Shown here one piece after another: positions 20,152 through 30,121 of a stretch of 64,000 nucleotides of DNA. The first letter of the stretch is position 1; every line of letters starts with the position of its first letter. The position numbers and the translations under genes are program-made. The DNA comes from Bacteroidia bacterium (GTDB lineage: Bacteria > Bacteroidota > Bacteroidia > CAIKAF01): the NCBI GenBank assembly GCA_016742095.1, contig JACVCJ010000005.1:3335-67334 (forward strand), given 5' to 3'. The notes under the pieces are model-generated. The model ran no database searches. It had not been told where the DNA came from and worked only from the letters and a program-made list of their open reading frames with translations.

Positions 20152-22074
20152 TTATAACGTTTCTTTTAACCAGCGGAAGAACTCGCGCTGCCAGGTGAGT
20201 CCGTTCTGGGGCTGACTTACCCAGTGGTTTTCTTCCGGGAAGTAGACAAAACGGCTTTTGATGCCCTGCAGCTGTGCGGCGTTAAAGGCTTCCTGGCCCT
20301 GGCCGATGGGAACACGGTAGTCTTTACCGCCCTGAATGATCATGATGGGCGTATCCCAGTTGCTTACCAGGCTGCTGGGGTCGAATTTTTCCATGGTCTT
20401 TTGCGCTGCGGCATTGTCTTTGGCCCAGTAAGCGCCGCCCATGTCAAAGTTCACGAAGAACATTTCCTCGGTGGTGCCGTACATACTGCGCAGGTCGAAC
20501 ACCCCGCAGTGCGAAATAAAGGATTTGAAGCGTTTCTGGTGGATACCGGCCAGGTAGAACACGGAATAGCCGCCGTAACTGGCGCCTACGCAACCGCGGC
20601 GCTCTTTGTCCACATAGCTTTCTTTGGAAATATCGTCGATGGCCGTGAGGTAATCCTGCATGGCCCCGCCGCCCCAGTCCTTACTGATGGCTTCGTTCCA
20701 TTCCACGCCCCAGCCCGGCATACCGCGGCGGTTCGGCGCCACCACGATATAACCCATGGAGGCCATCAGCTGAAAATTCCAGCGGAAAGAATAAAACTGG
20801 CTCAGTGCACTTTGTGGTCCGCCCTGGCAGTAAAGCAGGGTAGGGTATTTTTTAGCCGGGTCGAAATCAGGCGGGTATATCACCCAGCTGAACAGGTCCT
20901 TACCATCGTGTGTTTTGCTGAAACGGCCTTCTACCTTGCATTTTTTGATACCGGCATAGGCGGCATCGTTCACATGGGTAAGGGCCTTCATGCTGCCGTC
21001 GACCAGGTTTACGGTGTACAGCTCCGGAGCGGTGTTAAAATCGCAGCGGGAAACAATGAGTGTATTCCCTGCCTGACCAACGATCTGCTGTACGTTAAAA
21101 TCGCCTTTGGTGATCTGTTTTACCACGGGCATCTTTTTGGTAAGACCCGGGTAATCCACTTCGAACAGCTGTTCGGTGCCTTTTACCGGTGCCACAAAGA
21201 AGAGTTTTTTGCCGTCCTCGGCCCAGGCAAAACTGCTTACCGTGCCGTCCCAGCCGGAAGTGAGGTTCATTTCGCCGGCTTTGCCTTTTACGATAATGTC
21301 GTTCTTATCGGCCTCATAACCATCGCGGGCCATGCTGAGCCAGGCCAGGGTGCCGCTGCTGTGGAACAGGGGATGCGTATCATAACCCTTGCGGCCGGGT
21401 GTAAGATTGGTGGTAAGACCGCTTTCCAGGTTGTATTCGAACAGATCGGTATTGGTGCTGGTCACATAGGCCGTGCCCTCGCTTTTTTTGCATACGTAAA
21501 CGATGCTTTTTCCGTCGGGGCTCCAGGTATAATCCTCATCGCCGCCGAAAGGTACGGTAGGCGTATGATAAGGCTCATTTTCCATGATGTCCTTAATGCG
21601 GGAGGCCGAGCGTGAACCTTTGGCGCCGTAGATCACCAGGTGATTGAAGGAACCGTCCTGCCAGCTGTCCCAGTGGCGGTAATGCAGCCCGTCGTAGATC
21701 TGCACCTGGGCCTTGCCCATTTCGGGGTAATGGTCGACGGCGTTCACCTTGCGTACTTTTACGCGTTCCACCTGTATTTCCTTACTGCCGTCGGGCGATA
21801 TGTCCCTATTCGGGACAAGGCTTTTAAAGTCGCTTATTTCCAGTGGGGTACCTCCGGTAACGGGAATTTTATAGTATTTTTTATTCGAAGAGTTCGCGGC
21901 CATGTCCGGTGTGGAAACCTGGTAGATCACAAACTGTTTGTCGGTGGTAATTCCGAGCGGACTTACACGTCCCAGCGACCAAAGGGTCTCGGGTGTCAGG
22001 GTCGTGCTCTGGGCAGCGGCGCTCAGGCTGCCGGCCAGCACAAAACCCAATACGGTTACATAACGATGCATCAT
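20152..22074 (-). CDS. S9 family peptidase (dipeptidyl-peptidase 5-like)
   Basis: Signal peptide, propeller repeats, CQGGPQ, GASYGG nucleophile, DYRVP, EENHWV. Confidence 0.92.
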   Translation of the reverse strand: MMHRYVTVLGFVLAGSLSAAAQSTTLTPETLWSLGRVSPLGITTDKQFVIYQVSTPDMAANSSNKKYYKIPVTGGTPLEISDFKSLVPNRDISPDGSKEIQVERVKVRKVNAVDHYPEMGKAQVQIYDGLHYRHWDSWQDGSFNHLVIYGAKGSRSASRIKDIMENEPYHTPTVPFGGDEDYTWSPDGKSIVYVCKKSEGTAYVTSTNTDLFEYNLESGLTTNLTPGRKGYDTHPLFHSSGTLAWLSMARDGYEADKNDIIVKGKAGEMNLTSGWDGTVSSFAWAEDGKKLFFVAPVKGTEQLFEVDYPGLTKKMPVVKQITKGDFNVQQIVGQAGNTLIVSRCDFNTAPELYTVNLVDGSMKALTHVNDAAYAGIKKCKVEGRFSKTHDGKDLFSWVIYPPDFDPAKKYPTLLYCQGGPQSALSQFYSFRWNFQLMASMGYIVVAPNRRGMPGWGVEWNEAISKDWGGGAMQDYLTAIDDISKESYVDKERRGCVGASYGGYSVFYLAGIHQKRFKSFISHCGVFDLRSMYGTTEEMFFVNFDMGGAYWAKDNAAAQKTMEKFDPSSLVSNWDTPIMIIQGGKDYRVPIGQGQEAFNAAQLQGIKSRFVYFPEENHWVSQPQNGLTWQREFFRWLKETL

Positions 22075-22300
22075 GCTATTTCTGGATTTGGCCGAAAAAT
22101 AATAAAAATTGCCTCACGCAGGGGTATCTCTCCGGCTTACAGATGTCCACAAAAGTAGCGCCTGTATAAAAAATATCCGGCGGCTCCCGTTTATCACGCT
22201 GCTGCGTAAATAAAAAGTAAAAATATTGCGCCGGTATCTTACGTAACGGGGAAAAGACCCGGCAGGAACCGTACTTTTGCGGCAAATCTTTGAATTGCTC

Positions 22301-23419
22301 ATGAAATACTATCTGATAGCTCTGCTTGTTGCCGTTGTTCTGCCGGTTAAAGCCAGCGCCCAACGGTTTTCATTCCTGTGGGACAACCTTACTGCAGAAC
22401 AACGCATTGCGGTAAACAAAGAGGTCCGGACCCTGTCCGATATGATCCGCGTAAATGCACAACCTGCGTTTTATTTACAGCGGGCCCGGGACTATATCCT
22501 GCTGAAAGAGCCGCAGAAAGCACTTGCCGATGTATACCAGCTGCGCTTAAACGGAGTGGATGACCCTCTGATCTACCAGATTTCCGGTGATGCCAAATGG
22601 TTAGAAAAGGATACGGCCGGCGCCCGGTAGGACTACCTTACTATGCAGCATCTTTACCCGCAGAATCCCGAAGGATATATAAAACTTTCGGCCCTGTACC
22701 TGGAAGAGCAGCTTTTCGAAGAAGCTTTTGTTCTTGCTGGGGAAGCCCGCAACCTGGGACTTAATGATCACCGGCCGGCTGCGATAAAAGCCGTTGTGCT
22801 GATCGGGAAGGGAGACGAAGAAGCGGAAAAATATAGGGAGGAAGCCGAATCGCTGCTGAAAGACGATGGAGTAAAGGCCCTTTTTCTGGCATATTACTAT
22901 ACCGTGGCACAGGATGCAGAAAAAGCAAAGGAGCCTGCAGACCGGCTTGTGACCCTTTTTCCGTCGGAACCGGAGCCGAGGAAACTAAGAGCTTTTATTT
23001 ACGGAGCACTGGAAGATATACCGGAAGACACCCTGCTTAACGACCTGCGCTTATATACTGAATGGGTGAAGGACGATAGCCTGATGGCTCAGTATGAACT
23101 GGTTGTTTTATATGAACTGGCGGAATACGACTCCCTTTTTCTCGAAAAATGCCGTATGTATATGGAACGTTATCAGGATGATACGCCGGCCCTGGAATAT
23201 CTGGCAGAATATTACGATGATATGGAAATGACCGTAGAAGCAATAGAAACATACACAACGCTGATCCGTGAAAAACCGTCAACGGCTCATTTTTACTATA
23301 CCCGGGGTTTTTTGTTGTATGACGACGGAAAAAAGAAAGAAGGCTGTGCTGATTTACGCAAATATCTTGAATTGGGAGGAGATACAGATAGCAGGCTGAT
23401 CCGCAGTATGTGCCCCTGA
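22301..23419 (+). pseudogene. Secreted TPR-repeat protein interrupted by one in-frame TAG (22628-22630)
   Basis: ORFs 22277-22630 and 22643-23419 share a frame; ...KDTAGAR*DYLTMQHLYPQNPEGY reads as one TPR unit; C-terminal YYTRGFLLY..G.KKEGCADLRK TPR. Confidence 0.7.
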
Positions 23420-23467
23420 TCTCTGAAAGATGGGCAGAATAATGTATATTTGGGAAAACGAGTCCCT

Positions 23468-25039
23468 ATGAAAAAATGGTTCATTCCCGCCTTTTTTGCC
23501 CTCTGTACACCGGCTTTTGCCCAAAACACCGCGCCGCTGGTAACCAACCTTACCGCGTTAACAGATACCCTCAATAATACGGTTACCCTCAACTTTGACC
23601 TGGTTGACGGAGAGAGCGACAGCCTGGAGGTGTTCCTGACCGTTTCCGACGATATGGGCGCCAGCTATATGATCCAGCCGGCGGGCCTCAGCGGGAATGT
23701 GGGTTTTCCGCAGTTTACCGGTACAGGAAAGCAGATCGTGTGGAACTACACCGGTTTTACCAATCCGCTCAACCAGTTTCGCCTGAAGGTGGTGGCCAAC
23801 GACCGTAAACATGTACCCATACAGTATATGGCAGACCAGGTAGACACCCTGCGCCTGCTGCATGATATGAGCCTCATCGAAGGGGTACGTTCGCATACCG
23901 CCGGCGCGGCACACCTGCAAAACGTGAGCGATACCATTTACAACCGTTTTTCGGGCCTGGGTCTGCAGACGGCGTTGCAAAGCTTCACCTACAGCGGCAT
24001 TTCGGCGGGGAATATCATCGGTAAATCAGCCGGTATTACTCATGAGTCTGAGGTATACATCATAGACGGACATTTTGACGGGGTACCTGCCGGTCCGGCG
24101 GCCGACGATAACGCTTCTGCCGTGATCGGGGTGCTGGAAGCCGCCCGTATCCTGAGTCAGTACAATTTTAAGAAGACCCTGCGTTTTATCGCGTTCGACC
24201 TGGAAGAGGCCGGGCTCATCGGCAGTGCCGAATATGTGAACAACGGACTGCTGCCCCGGGAGCAGGTAAAAGGCGTACTGAATTTCGAAATGATCGGGTA
24301 TTATTCCGAACGGAACAACTCACAGACCTTCCCTTTGGGCTTCGGCCTGCTTTTCCCCGCTGCGGAAACGGCCGTGGCGGCCGATACGTTCAAGGGAAAT
24401 TTCATTACGAATGTGGCCAATACGGCCTCTTCACCCCTGCGTCAGAAGTTTGATCAGTGTGCAGCGGCCTATGTACCGGCGCTGCGCGTGATCTCGATAG
24501 AGGCGCCGGGCAATTCCGAAATTGCACCGGACCTGCGCCGCAGCGATCATGCCGTTTTCTGGGATAAGGGCTACCAGGCGCTGATGCTTACCGACGGCGC
24601 CAATTTCCGCAATCACAATTACCATACAGCCAACGATGTATCCGATTCGCTGAATTTCGAATTCATTGCCAATGTGGTCAAAGCGACGCTTGCCACCGCT
24701 GCAGAACTGGCGGAACCCATCAGTTACGGCGAAGCTACCGTAGATGTGACCCTGCCGGATGTAACCTCTTCCCTGCAGGCATACGGTGGCAAGGAATTTC
24801 TGATGCAACTGATCCCCAATCCGGCCGACGATAAACTGAGCGTTCGCTGGAATACGGCCGCAGAACCTCAGACTATCCGCCTGAGCGATGCCTCCGGACG
24901 TATGCTCTATCAGTCGGGACTGAGTACTTCTGCCGCACAGCATCATATACAAACGGGCGCATTCCCGGCGGGCATGTACATTCTTACTTTACAGGGAAAA
25001 GGCTGGGAAAAGAGTGAAAAGCTGCTGATCCAGCGGTAA
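23468..25039 (+). CDS. M28 family metallopeptidase with T9SS C-terminal sorting domain
   Basis: GHFD, ADDNASAV, LEEAGLIGS, RRSDH, YHTAND; C-terminal PNPADD...GMYILTL...KLLIQR. Confidence 0.9.
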   Translation: MKKWFIPAFFALCTPAFAQNTAPLVTNLTALTDTLNNTVTLNFDLVDGESDSLEVFLTVSDDMGASYMIQPAGLSGNVGFPQFTGTGKQIVWNYTGFTNPLNQFRLKVVANDRKHVPIQYMADQVDTLRLLHDMSLIEGVRSHTAGAAHLQNVSDTIYNRFSGLGLQTALQSFTYSGISAGNIIGKSAGITHESEVYIIDGHFDGVPAGPAADDNASAVIGVLEAARILSQYNFKKTLRFIAFDLEEAGLIGSAEYVNNGLLPREQVKGVLNFEMIGYYSERNNSQTFPLGFGLLFPAAETAVAADTFKGNFITNVANTASSPLRQKFDQCAAAYVPALRVISIEAPGNSEIAPDLRRSDHAVFWDKGYQALMLTDGANFRNHNYHTANDVSDSLNFEFIANVVKATLATAAELAEPISYGEATVDVTLPDVTSSLQAYGGKEFLMQLIPNPADDKLSVRWNTAAEPQTIRLSDASGRMLYQSGLSTSAAQHHIQTGAFPAGMYILTLQGKGWEKSEKLLIQR

Positions 25040-25042
25040 TTA

Positions 25043-25942
25043 TCAGGACAAGGGCATGGACTGTTCGATATACGCATTGCCTAAATGATTTTCTATGATC
25101 TTAACGGCATAAGTATGTGAGAAGCTGTGCATAAATGCATGATGTGCGGATAATACAAGGTCTTGTAAGTTCTGATCGTCTTCAAGCGAAATAATGTTAA
25201 GGCCGCTTGTTTCACATTCTTTTTTCGAAATGTGACGGGCATGCGATTTTTGTTCTTTATGATCGCCAAACGTCTTCAGAATTTTATTGACCTTATCTTC
25301 ATCCCCGGCACACATATTATTGAGTAACCAATTGTGAACCATGCGTTCAGACCACTCTATGGCCCGCTGACATGAACCCAGTAAGGTGGGGTGATATTTG
25401 CTGATAATTACCTGCCAGAGCGGGGCCGAAGCGGGATTTTGTCTGAGGTCCTGCTTTGCGGTTTCAAATTCATCTAAAATAGCCTGACAGGCGATACCAC
25501 CCATTTGCGGATCGATCGGGCCGAGATTGGATTGTTTACCCATAATGATCTCCCGCGCACAAAAAGCGATCATTGTGCCTGCAGACATAGAGATCTGGGG
25601 TACGATAACCCGTATGTCCTTATCGAAAATGGAATATAAATAATCTACAAGTGATTCTGTTGCTGCAACATCGCCGCCCGGGGTATGCAGAATGAGATCA
25701 AGTCCTTTTTTCCGGGGGAGTTTATTTACAGCTAACATAAATCCGGATTTATCCTTGTCATTTACTTCTGTGTCCGGGGCATCCGGTTTTTGAAGCCAGC
25801 CGGAATAATAGGCAATAACGTTCCGCCCTGTTTTTTGAGCGATTAGGGTCAGGTATTTTTTGCGGGTGGCATCCAGGGCATTGCCTGCATGACCGGGAGG
25901 TACACGCTGGATTTCTGTCCAGACTTCTTTTGAGTTGGCCAT
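25043..25942 (-). CDS. ClpP-fold serine protease (SDH_sah / S49-like)
   Basis: LDLILHTPGG, IVPQISMSAGTMIA, LGPIDPQ, SHARHI. Confidence 0.85.
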   Translation of the reverse strand: MANSKEVWTEIQRVPPGHAGNALDATRKKYLTLIAQKTGRNVIAYYSGWLQKPDAPDTEVNDKDKSGFMLAVNKLPRKKGLDLILHTPGGDVAATESLVDYLYSIFDKDIRVIVPQISMSAGTMIAFCAREIIMGKQSNLGPIDPQMGGIACQAILDEFETAKQDLRQNPASAPLWQVIISKYHPTLLGSCQRAIEWSERMVHNWLLNNMCAGDEDKVNKILKTFGDHKEQKSHARHISKKECETSGLNIISLEDDQNLQDLVLSAHHAFMHSFSHTYAVKIIENHLGNAYIEQSMPLS

Positions 25943-25976
25943 TTTTAGTTAAGGAAAAGGGTGAATAAAACAGGAA

Positions 25977-26171
25977 CTACCGGATGAGTGTAGTGGAGTC
26001 TGTGATCTTAACGGGAGAATACTTTTTGTAGATGCTCAGTTTAACAAAGCGGTCTCCGGGAGAGTTCCATTCTTTTCCCTGATTTGTTTTGGAAAAATCA
26101 GGAACGATCTTTTTGTATTCTTCAAAAAAATTGTTGTTATCAGCCGTCTTTTTTGCGCTGTCTTTTTTCAT
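25977..26171 (-). CDS. Small hypothetical protein (64 aa) upstream of the ClpP-fold protease
   Basis: ATG-started, co-oriented, 34-nt gap to the protease; TATTTTTG promoter-like motif upstream (CAAAAATA 26200-26207). Confidence 0.6.
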   Translation of the reverse strand: MKKDSAKKTADNNNFFEEYKKIVPDFSKTNQGKEWNSPGDRFVKLSIYKKYSPVKITDSTTLIR

Positions 26172-26328
26172 GTGTAGAAAATAAGTGTTAGTATGTGATC
26201 AAAAATAGGCTATTTAATTCTGCATGCATGCATTGTTTACTTCTTTTAACAAACATCTTTGCGTGGAAAAAATGAGCATTTTTAATTCTGGTCTTGAATA
26301 TTTCCGCAGGCAAACCGCCCCGGGGCCC

Positions 26329-27057
26329 TCATGCTCTCAGCATCTCCAGTATCTGCTGTTCCGCTGCTTCGCTCAGCGCTTTTACATCGTTGTTGAAATC
26401 GGCCGGGTACAGGGGCCTGCCCGTTAATACCCGTACTTTGCCGGGTCCGCCTGCCGGGTATAATACGTTGTAGGTGAAGGGCAGGCGCTTCAGGTTGTCG
26501 GGGAAGGCCACCGGTATCACCGGGGCGCCGGTATCGACAGACAGCTTAAACGCACCGTTCTTAAAGGGGTTCATTCTGCCCGGCTCGTACTGCATCGTTC
26601 CCTCCGGGAAAAGCACAATGGAACTGCCGTTCTTTACATCGTCCGCGGCCCGTTGCATGGCCTTGAAACTATCGGTCATACTGTCGCGCAGGATCGGTAT
26701 ATGCGTTTTGCCGAACATTACCCCGAACAGTTTGTGGTTGGCCAGTTCGCGCTTGGCCACAAAATGGAAATACTCGGGTACCAGGTCGTACATGATCAGG
26801 ATGTCCAGCGCGCTGCAATGATTGGCTACCCATATTTTCGGGCCCTCCGGCAGGGGTTCCGCGTGTTGTATGCGTACCCGTATGCCCGACCAGAACAACA
26901 GCCAGCCGGCCCAGAAGCGTTGTACCTTCAGGGCGGTTTTGTACCAGCGTGGCCCCGAAAAGAGCCACCATCGAAAGAAAGGGTAGAAGAAGATCAGGGT
27001 GCAAAAGAAATTGGCGAAGAAGAACAGTCGCCAGACTTTTACCGCCAGTTTTTTCAT
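26329..27057 (-). CDS. plsC: 1-acyl-sn-glycerol-3-phosphate acyltransferase (PlsC family)
   Basis: NHCSALD (HX4D), FVAKREL, FPEGT, FKNGAF. Confidence 0.88.
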   Translation of the reverse strand: MKKLAVKVWRLFFFANFFCTLIFFYPFFRWWLFSGPRWYKTALKVQRFWAGWLLFWSGIRVRIQHAEPLPEGPKIWVANHCSALDILIMYDLVPEYFHFVAKRELANHKLFGVMFGKTHIPILRDSMTDSFKAMQRAADDVKNGSSIVLFPEGTMQYEPGRMNPFKNGAFKLSVDTGAPVIPVAFPDNLKRLPFTYNVLYPAGGPGKVRVLTGRPLYPADFNNDVKALSEAAEQQILEMLRA

Positions 27058-28812
27058 TTATTCCGTGCTTTGTGTTAATGCAATGCTCAGTTCCTGCAGC
27101 TGTTCGTCGTGTATGGCCGAGGGTGCGTCGATCATTACGTCGCGGCCCGAGTTGTTTTTCGGGAAAGCAATGAAGTCGCGGATCACTTCGGCACCCCCGA
27201 ACAGGGCGCAGAGACGGTCGAAACCGAAAGCGATACCTCCGTGCGGCGGCGCTCCGTATTCAAAAGCGTTCATCAGGAAACCGAACTGGCGTTGTGCTTC
27301 TTCCGGGCTAAAGCCCAGCAGGGAGAACATTTTGGCCTGCAGCTCCTTGTTGAAGATACGGATACTTCCTCCGCCCACTTCCACGCCGTTGATCACCATA
27401 TCGTAGGCATTGGCGCGTACGGCGCCGGGATCGCTGTCCAGCAGATGTATGTCTTCGGGCTTGGGCGAGGTAAAGGGGTGGTGCATAGCGTGGTAGCGGC
27501 CGCTTTCCTCATCGAATTCGAGCAGCGGAAAGTCTACCACCCAGTGGCAGGAATAGTTGTCTTTATGGCGCAGACCGAGGCGTGTGCCCATTTCCAGGCG
27601 CAGCTCGTTCAGCTGTTTGCGGGTCTTGTTCGCGGTCCCGGCCAGTACCAGTATCAGGTCGCCCGGTTTGGCACCGAAGGCCTCCGCCCATTTTTTCAGT
27701 TCGTCTTCGTTAAAGAATTTATCTACGGACGATTTCAGGCTGCCGTCTTCGTTCACCCGGCAGTAGATCAGGCCGGTGGCCCCGATCTGCGGACGTTTTA
27801 CAAACTCCGTCAGTTCGTCCAGTTGTTTGCGCGTGAGGCTGTTGGCCCCTTCGGCACAGATGCCCGCCACCAGTTCGGCATTGTCGAACACGGCAAAACC
27901 TTTGTTCTGTACAATTTCGTTCAGCTCCACGAACTTCATCCCGAAACGGATATCGGGTTTGTCGCTGCCGTAGTATTTCATGGCGTCGGCATACGTCATG
28001 CGCTCCATGGCCGGTATATCGATGCCTTTTACTTTTTTGAACAGGTGCCGTACCAATCCTTCAAAGGTCCCCAGGATATCTTCCTGTTCCACAAAGGCCA
28101 TTTCACAGTCGATCTGGGTAAATTCGGGCTGACGGTCGGCACGCAGGTCTTCGTCGCGGAAACATTTTACGATCTGGTAATAACGGTCAAAGCCCGAAAC
28201 CATCAGCAGTTGCTTAAAGGTCTGGGGCGATTGCGGCAGGGCGTAGAACTGGCCCGGGTTCATGCGCGATGGCACTACAAAGTCACGTGCGCCTTCAGGC
28301 GTAGATTTGATCAGCACGGGCGTTTCCACTTCCAGGAACTGCTGTCCGTCCAGGTAATTGCGGGTTTCAATGGCTATGCGGTGCCGCAGTTCCAGGTTTT
28401 TGCGCACCGTGTTGCGGCGCAGGTCCAGGTAGCGGTAGCGCATACGCAGGTCGTCGCCGCCGTCGGTCTCGTCCTCAATGGTAAAGGGCGGGGTAATGGC
28501 GCTGTTCAGTATTTCGATGCTTTCGGCAATGATCTCGATATCGCCGGTGGGCATATTCGGGTTTTTGCTGCTGCGTTCGGCCACAGAACCTTTTACCTGT
28601 ACCACGAATTCGCGGCCCAGTTTCTTGGCTTCCTCGCAGAGGGCCGGGTTGGTTTCCATGTTGAACGCCAGCTGCGTAATGCCGTAACGGTCGCGCAGGT
28701 CAATGAACAATAATCCTCCCAGGTCTTTGCTGCGCTGTACCCAGCCGGCCAGCGTAACGGTCTTTCCGGCATCGCCGGCACGTAATTCTCCACAAGTGTG
28801 CGTACGGAACAT
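27058..28812 (-). CDS. aspS: Aspartate--tRNA ligase
   Basis: [51 protein letters not shown]; start at ATG 28812. Confidence 0.98.
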   Translation of the reverse strand: MFRTHTCGELRAGDAGKTVTLAGWVQRSKDLGGLLFIDLRDRYGITQLAFNMETNPALCEEAKKLGREFVVQVKGSVAERSSKNPNMPTGDIEIIAESIEILNSAITPPFTIEDETDGGDDLRMRYRYLDLRRNTVRKNLELRHRIAIETRNYLDGQQFLEVETPVLIKSTPEGARDFVVPSRMNPGQFYALPQSPQTFKQLLMVSGFDRYYQIVKCFRDEDLRADRQPEFTQIDCEMAFVEQEDILGTFEGLVRHLFKKVKGIDIPAMERMTYADAMKYYGSDKPDIRFGMKFVELNEIVQNKGFAVFDNAELVAGICAEGANSLTRKQLDELTEFVKRPQIGATGLIYCRVNEDGSLKSSVDKFFNEDELKKWAEAFGAKPGDLILVLAGTANKTRKQLNELRLEMGTRLGLRHKDNYSCHWVVDFPLLEFDEESGRYHAMHHPFTSPKPEDIHLLDSDPGAVRANAYDMVINGVEVGGGSIRIFNKELQAKMFSLLGFSPEEAQRQFGFLMNAFEYGAPPHGGIAFGFDRLCALFGGAEVIRDFIAFPKNNSGRDVMIDAPSAIHDEQLQELSIALTQSTE

Positions 28813-28990
28813 ATAGCTTCTGTAATTTGACTGCGAATATCGGAAAAAATACAAAGGGAGAGACCGGAGACGGCTTTCAGTTCTTTTTGGACGCTTTGAT
28901 GTCCGAAAGAAAGTATTGTTCAATACCACCTCGGAAGAATATTGTCAACGCAGGAAACAGAATATGAAATAAGTATTATTTTGGCTGTAT

Positions 28991-29506
28991 ATGCGTAAAG
29001 ATATCGGACGTCTGTTCATGCAAACTTTTTTTGGCATAATTGTTATAACTATGATAACAGGGAGTGCCGGTGCACAGACCTGGAAGCTGAAAATGCCTGA
29101 AGGGGGAGCGTATTTTGAATGGAGGCAGGGCAGAAATACAAATGCGCTGGGATACACAGGTATGAAAGTGGCATATTTTCAGAAATGTGACCCGACAAGA
29201 GACTCACTTGTAAGAACAGGATTACTTGTCGTAAACCAAATGACGTTTTTGGATACGAATATTTTTGGTAAACAGATGTTTACGCTGGTTGATTCACTAT
29301 GGAAAGAAACGTTGGTTGTCTTTAAGAGAGGAAACTCTCTGCAACTGTATTTAAATATCCTTTCCTCAACAGGGGTTTCTTTGAATAAAGTTTCCGGGTC
29401 TAATGCCAATTGGTTTTTCTGGCATACGGAAGTAGAGCAGCGAAAAGTATATCATGTCGTTTTTCAGAAAAGGCAGTCGGGCTTTTATTATGCATATACG
29501 GAATAG
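28991..29506 (+). CDS. Hypothetical exported protein (AT-richer)
   Basis: 171-aa ORF with signal-like ...MITGSAGA-Q; no family recognised. Confidence 0.55.
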   Translation: MRKDIGRLFMQTFFGIIVITMITGSAGAQTWKLKMPEGGAYFEWRQGRNTNALGYTGMKVAYFQKCDPTRDSLVRTGLLVVNQMTFLDTNIFGKQMFTLVDSLWKETLVVFKRGNSLQLYLNILSSTGVSLNKVSGSNANWFFWHTEVEQRKVYHVVFQKRQSGFYYAYTE

Positions 29507-29571
29507 AGTAGCCTGTTTTAGTGCATGCAGCCGGAATGAAACTGTATATTTGCCACAGAATTTTACTGAAC

Positions 29572-30003
29572 ATGAAAAAGAAACTCTTTCTATTGACCGC
29601 TTTCCTCGGTTTGTTCCTTTCGCTGCAGGCCCAGAAGGTAGACCTGAAAAAAGGCTATGTGCTTTTTGATAAGGTAGAAATGTACTCATATGAAAAAGAA
29701 CAGGCAGGCAATTTTACACTTGTTTACAAAAAAGATACAAAGGACCTGCTTTTCTCCATTTTATTTCACAGTAACGGCACCGTTGGCTACTCCAATGACG
29801 ACTACCTGAAACTGTACTTCACCGAAGGCAGCACCATTATCGAAACCACCCAGCTGGCAGGGATCTGGCCGGCCGGACTTATTGAACGCTTCATTAAACG
29901 CGGGGTGATCAACCCGGCAGACGGCAGCATAAACCCCGAAAACCTCAAAGTTTTCGCGGCCCAGTACGACGAGAAAATTTCCTCACGCCTGATCATTCGA
30001 TAA
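29572..30003 (+). CDS. Hypothetical exported protein
   Basis: Signal MKKKLFLLTAFLGLFLSLQA-Q; TATATTTG promoter upstream; terminator downstream. Confidence 0.7.
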   Translation: MKKKLFLLTAFLGLFLSLQAQKVDLKKGYVLFDKVEMYSYEKEQAGNFTLVYKKDTKDLLFSILFHSNGTVGYSNDDYLKLYFTEGSTIIETTQLAGIWPAGLIERFIKRGVINPADGSINPENLKVFAAQYDEKISSRLIIR

Positions 30004-30026
30004 GCGTTACGAAAAACAATACTTAG

Positions 30027-30057
30027 AACCGCTTTCTCCCGGGATGGCGGTTTTTTT
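30027..30057 (+). terminator. Intrinsic terminator
   Basis: AACCGC...GCGGTT stem followed by a T-run. Confidence 0.7.
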
Positions 30058-30121
30058 ATTTCTACGGTTCTGAACGGGAACCCGGCAGAAGAGACAAAAA
30101 AGCAGTAATAGAACCATACGT

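Noticed and set aside
26221..26232. TGCATGCATGCA palindrome
   Set aside because: Short tetranucleotide repeat with no supporting context.
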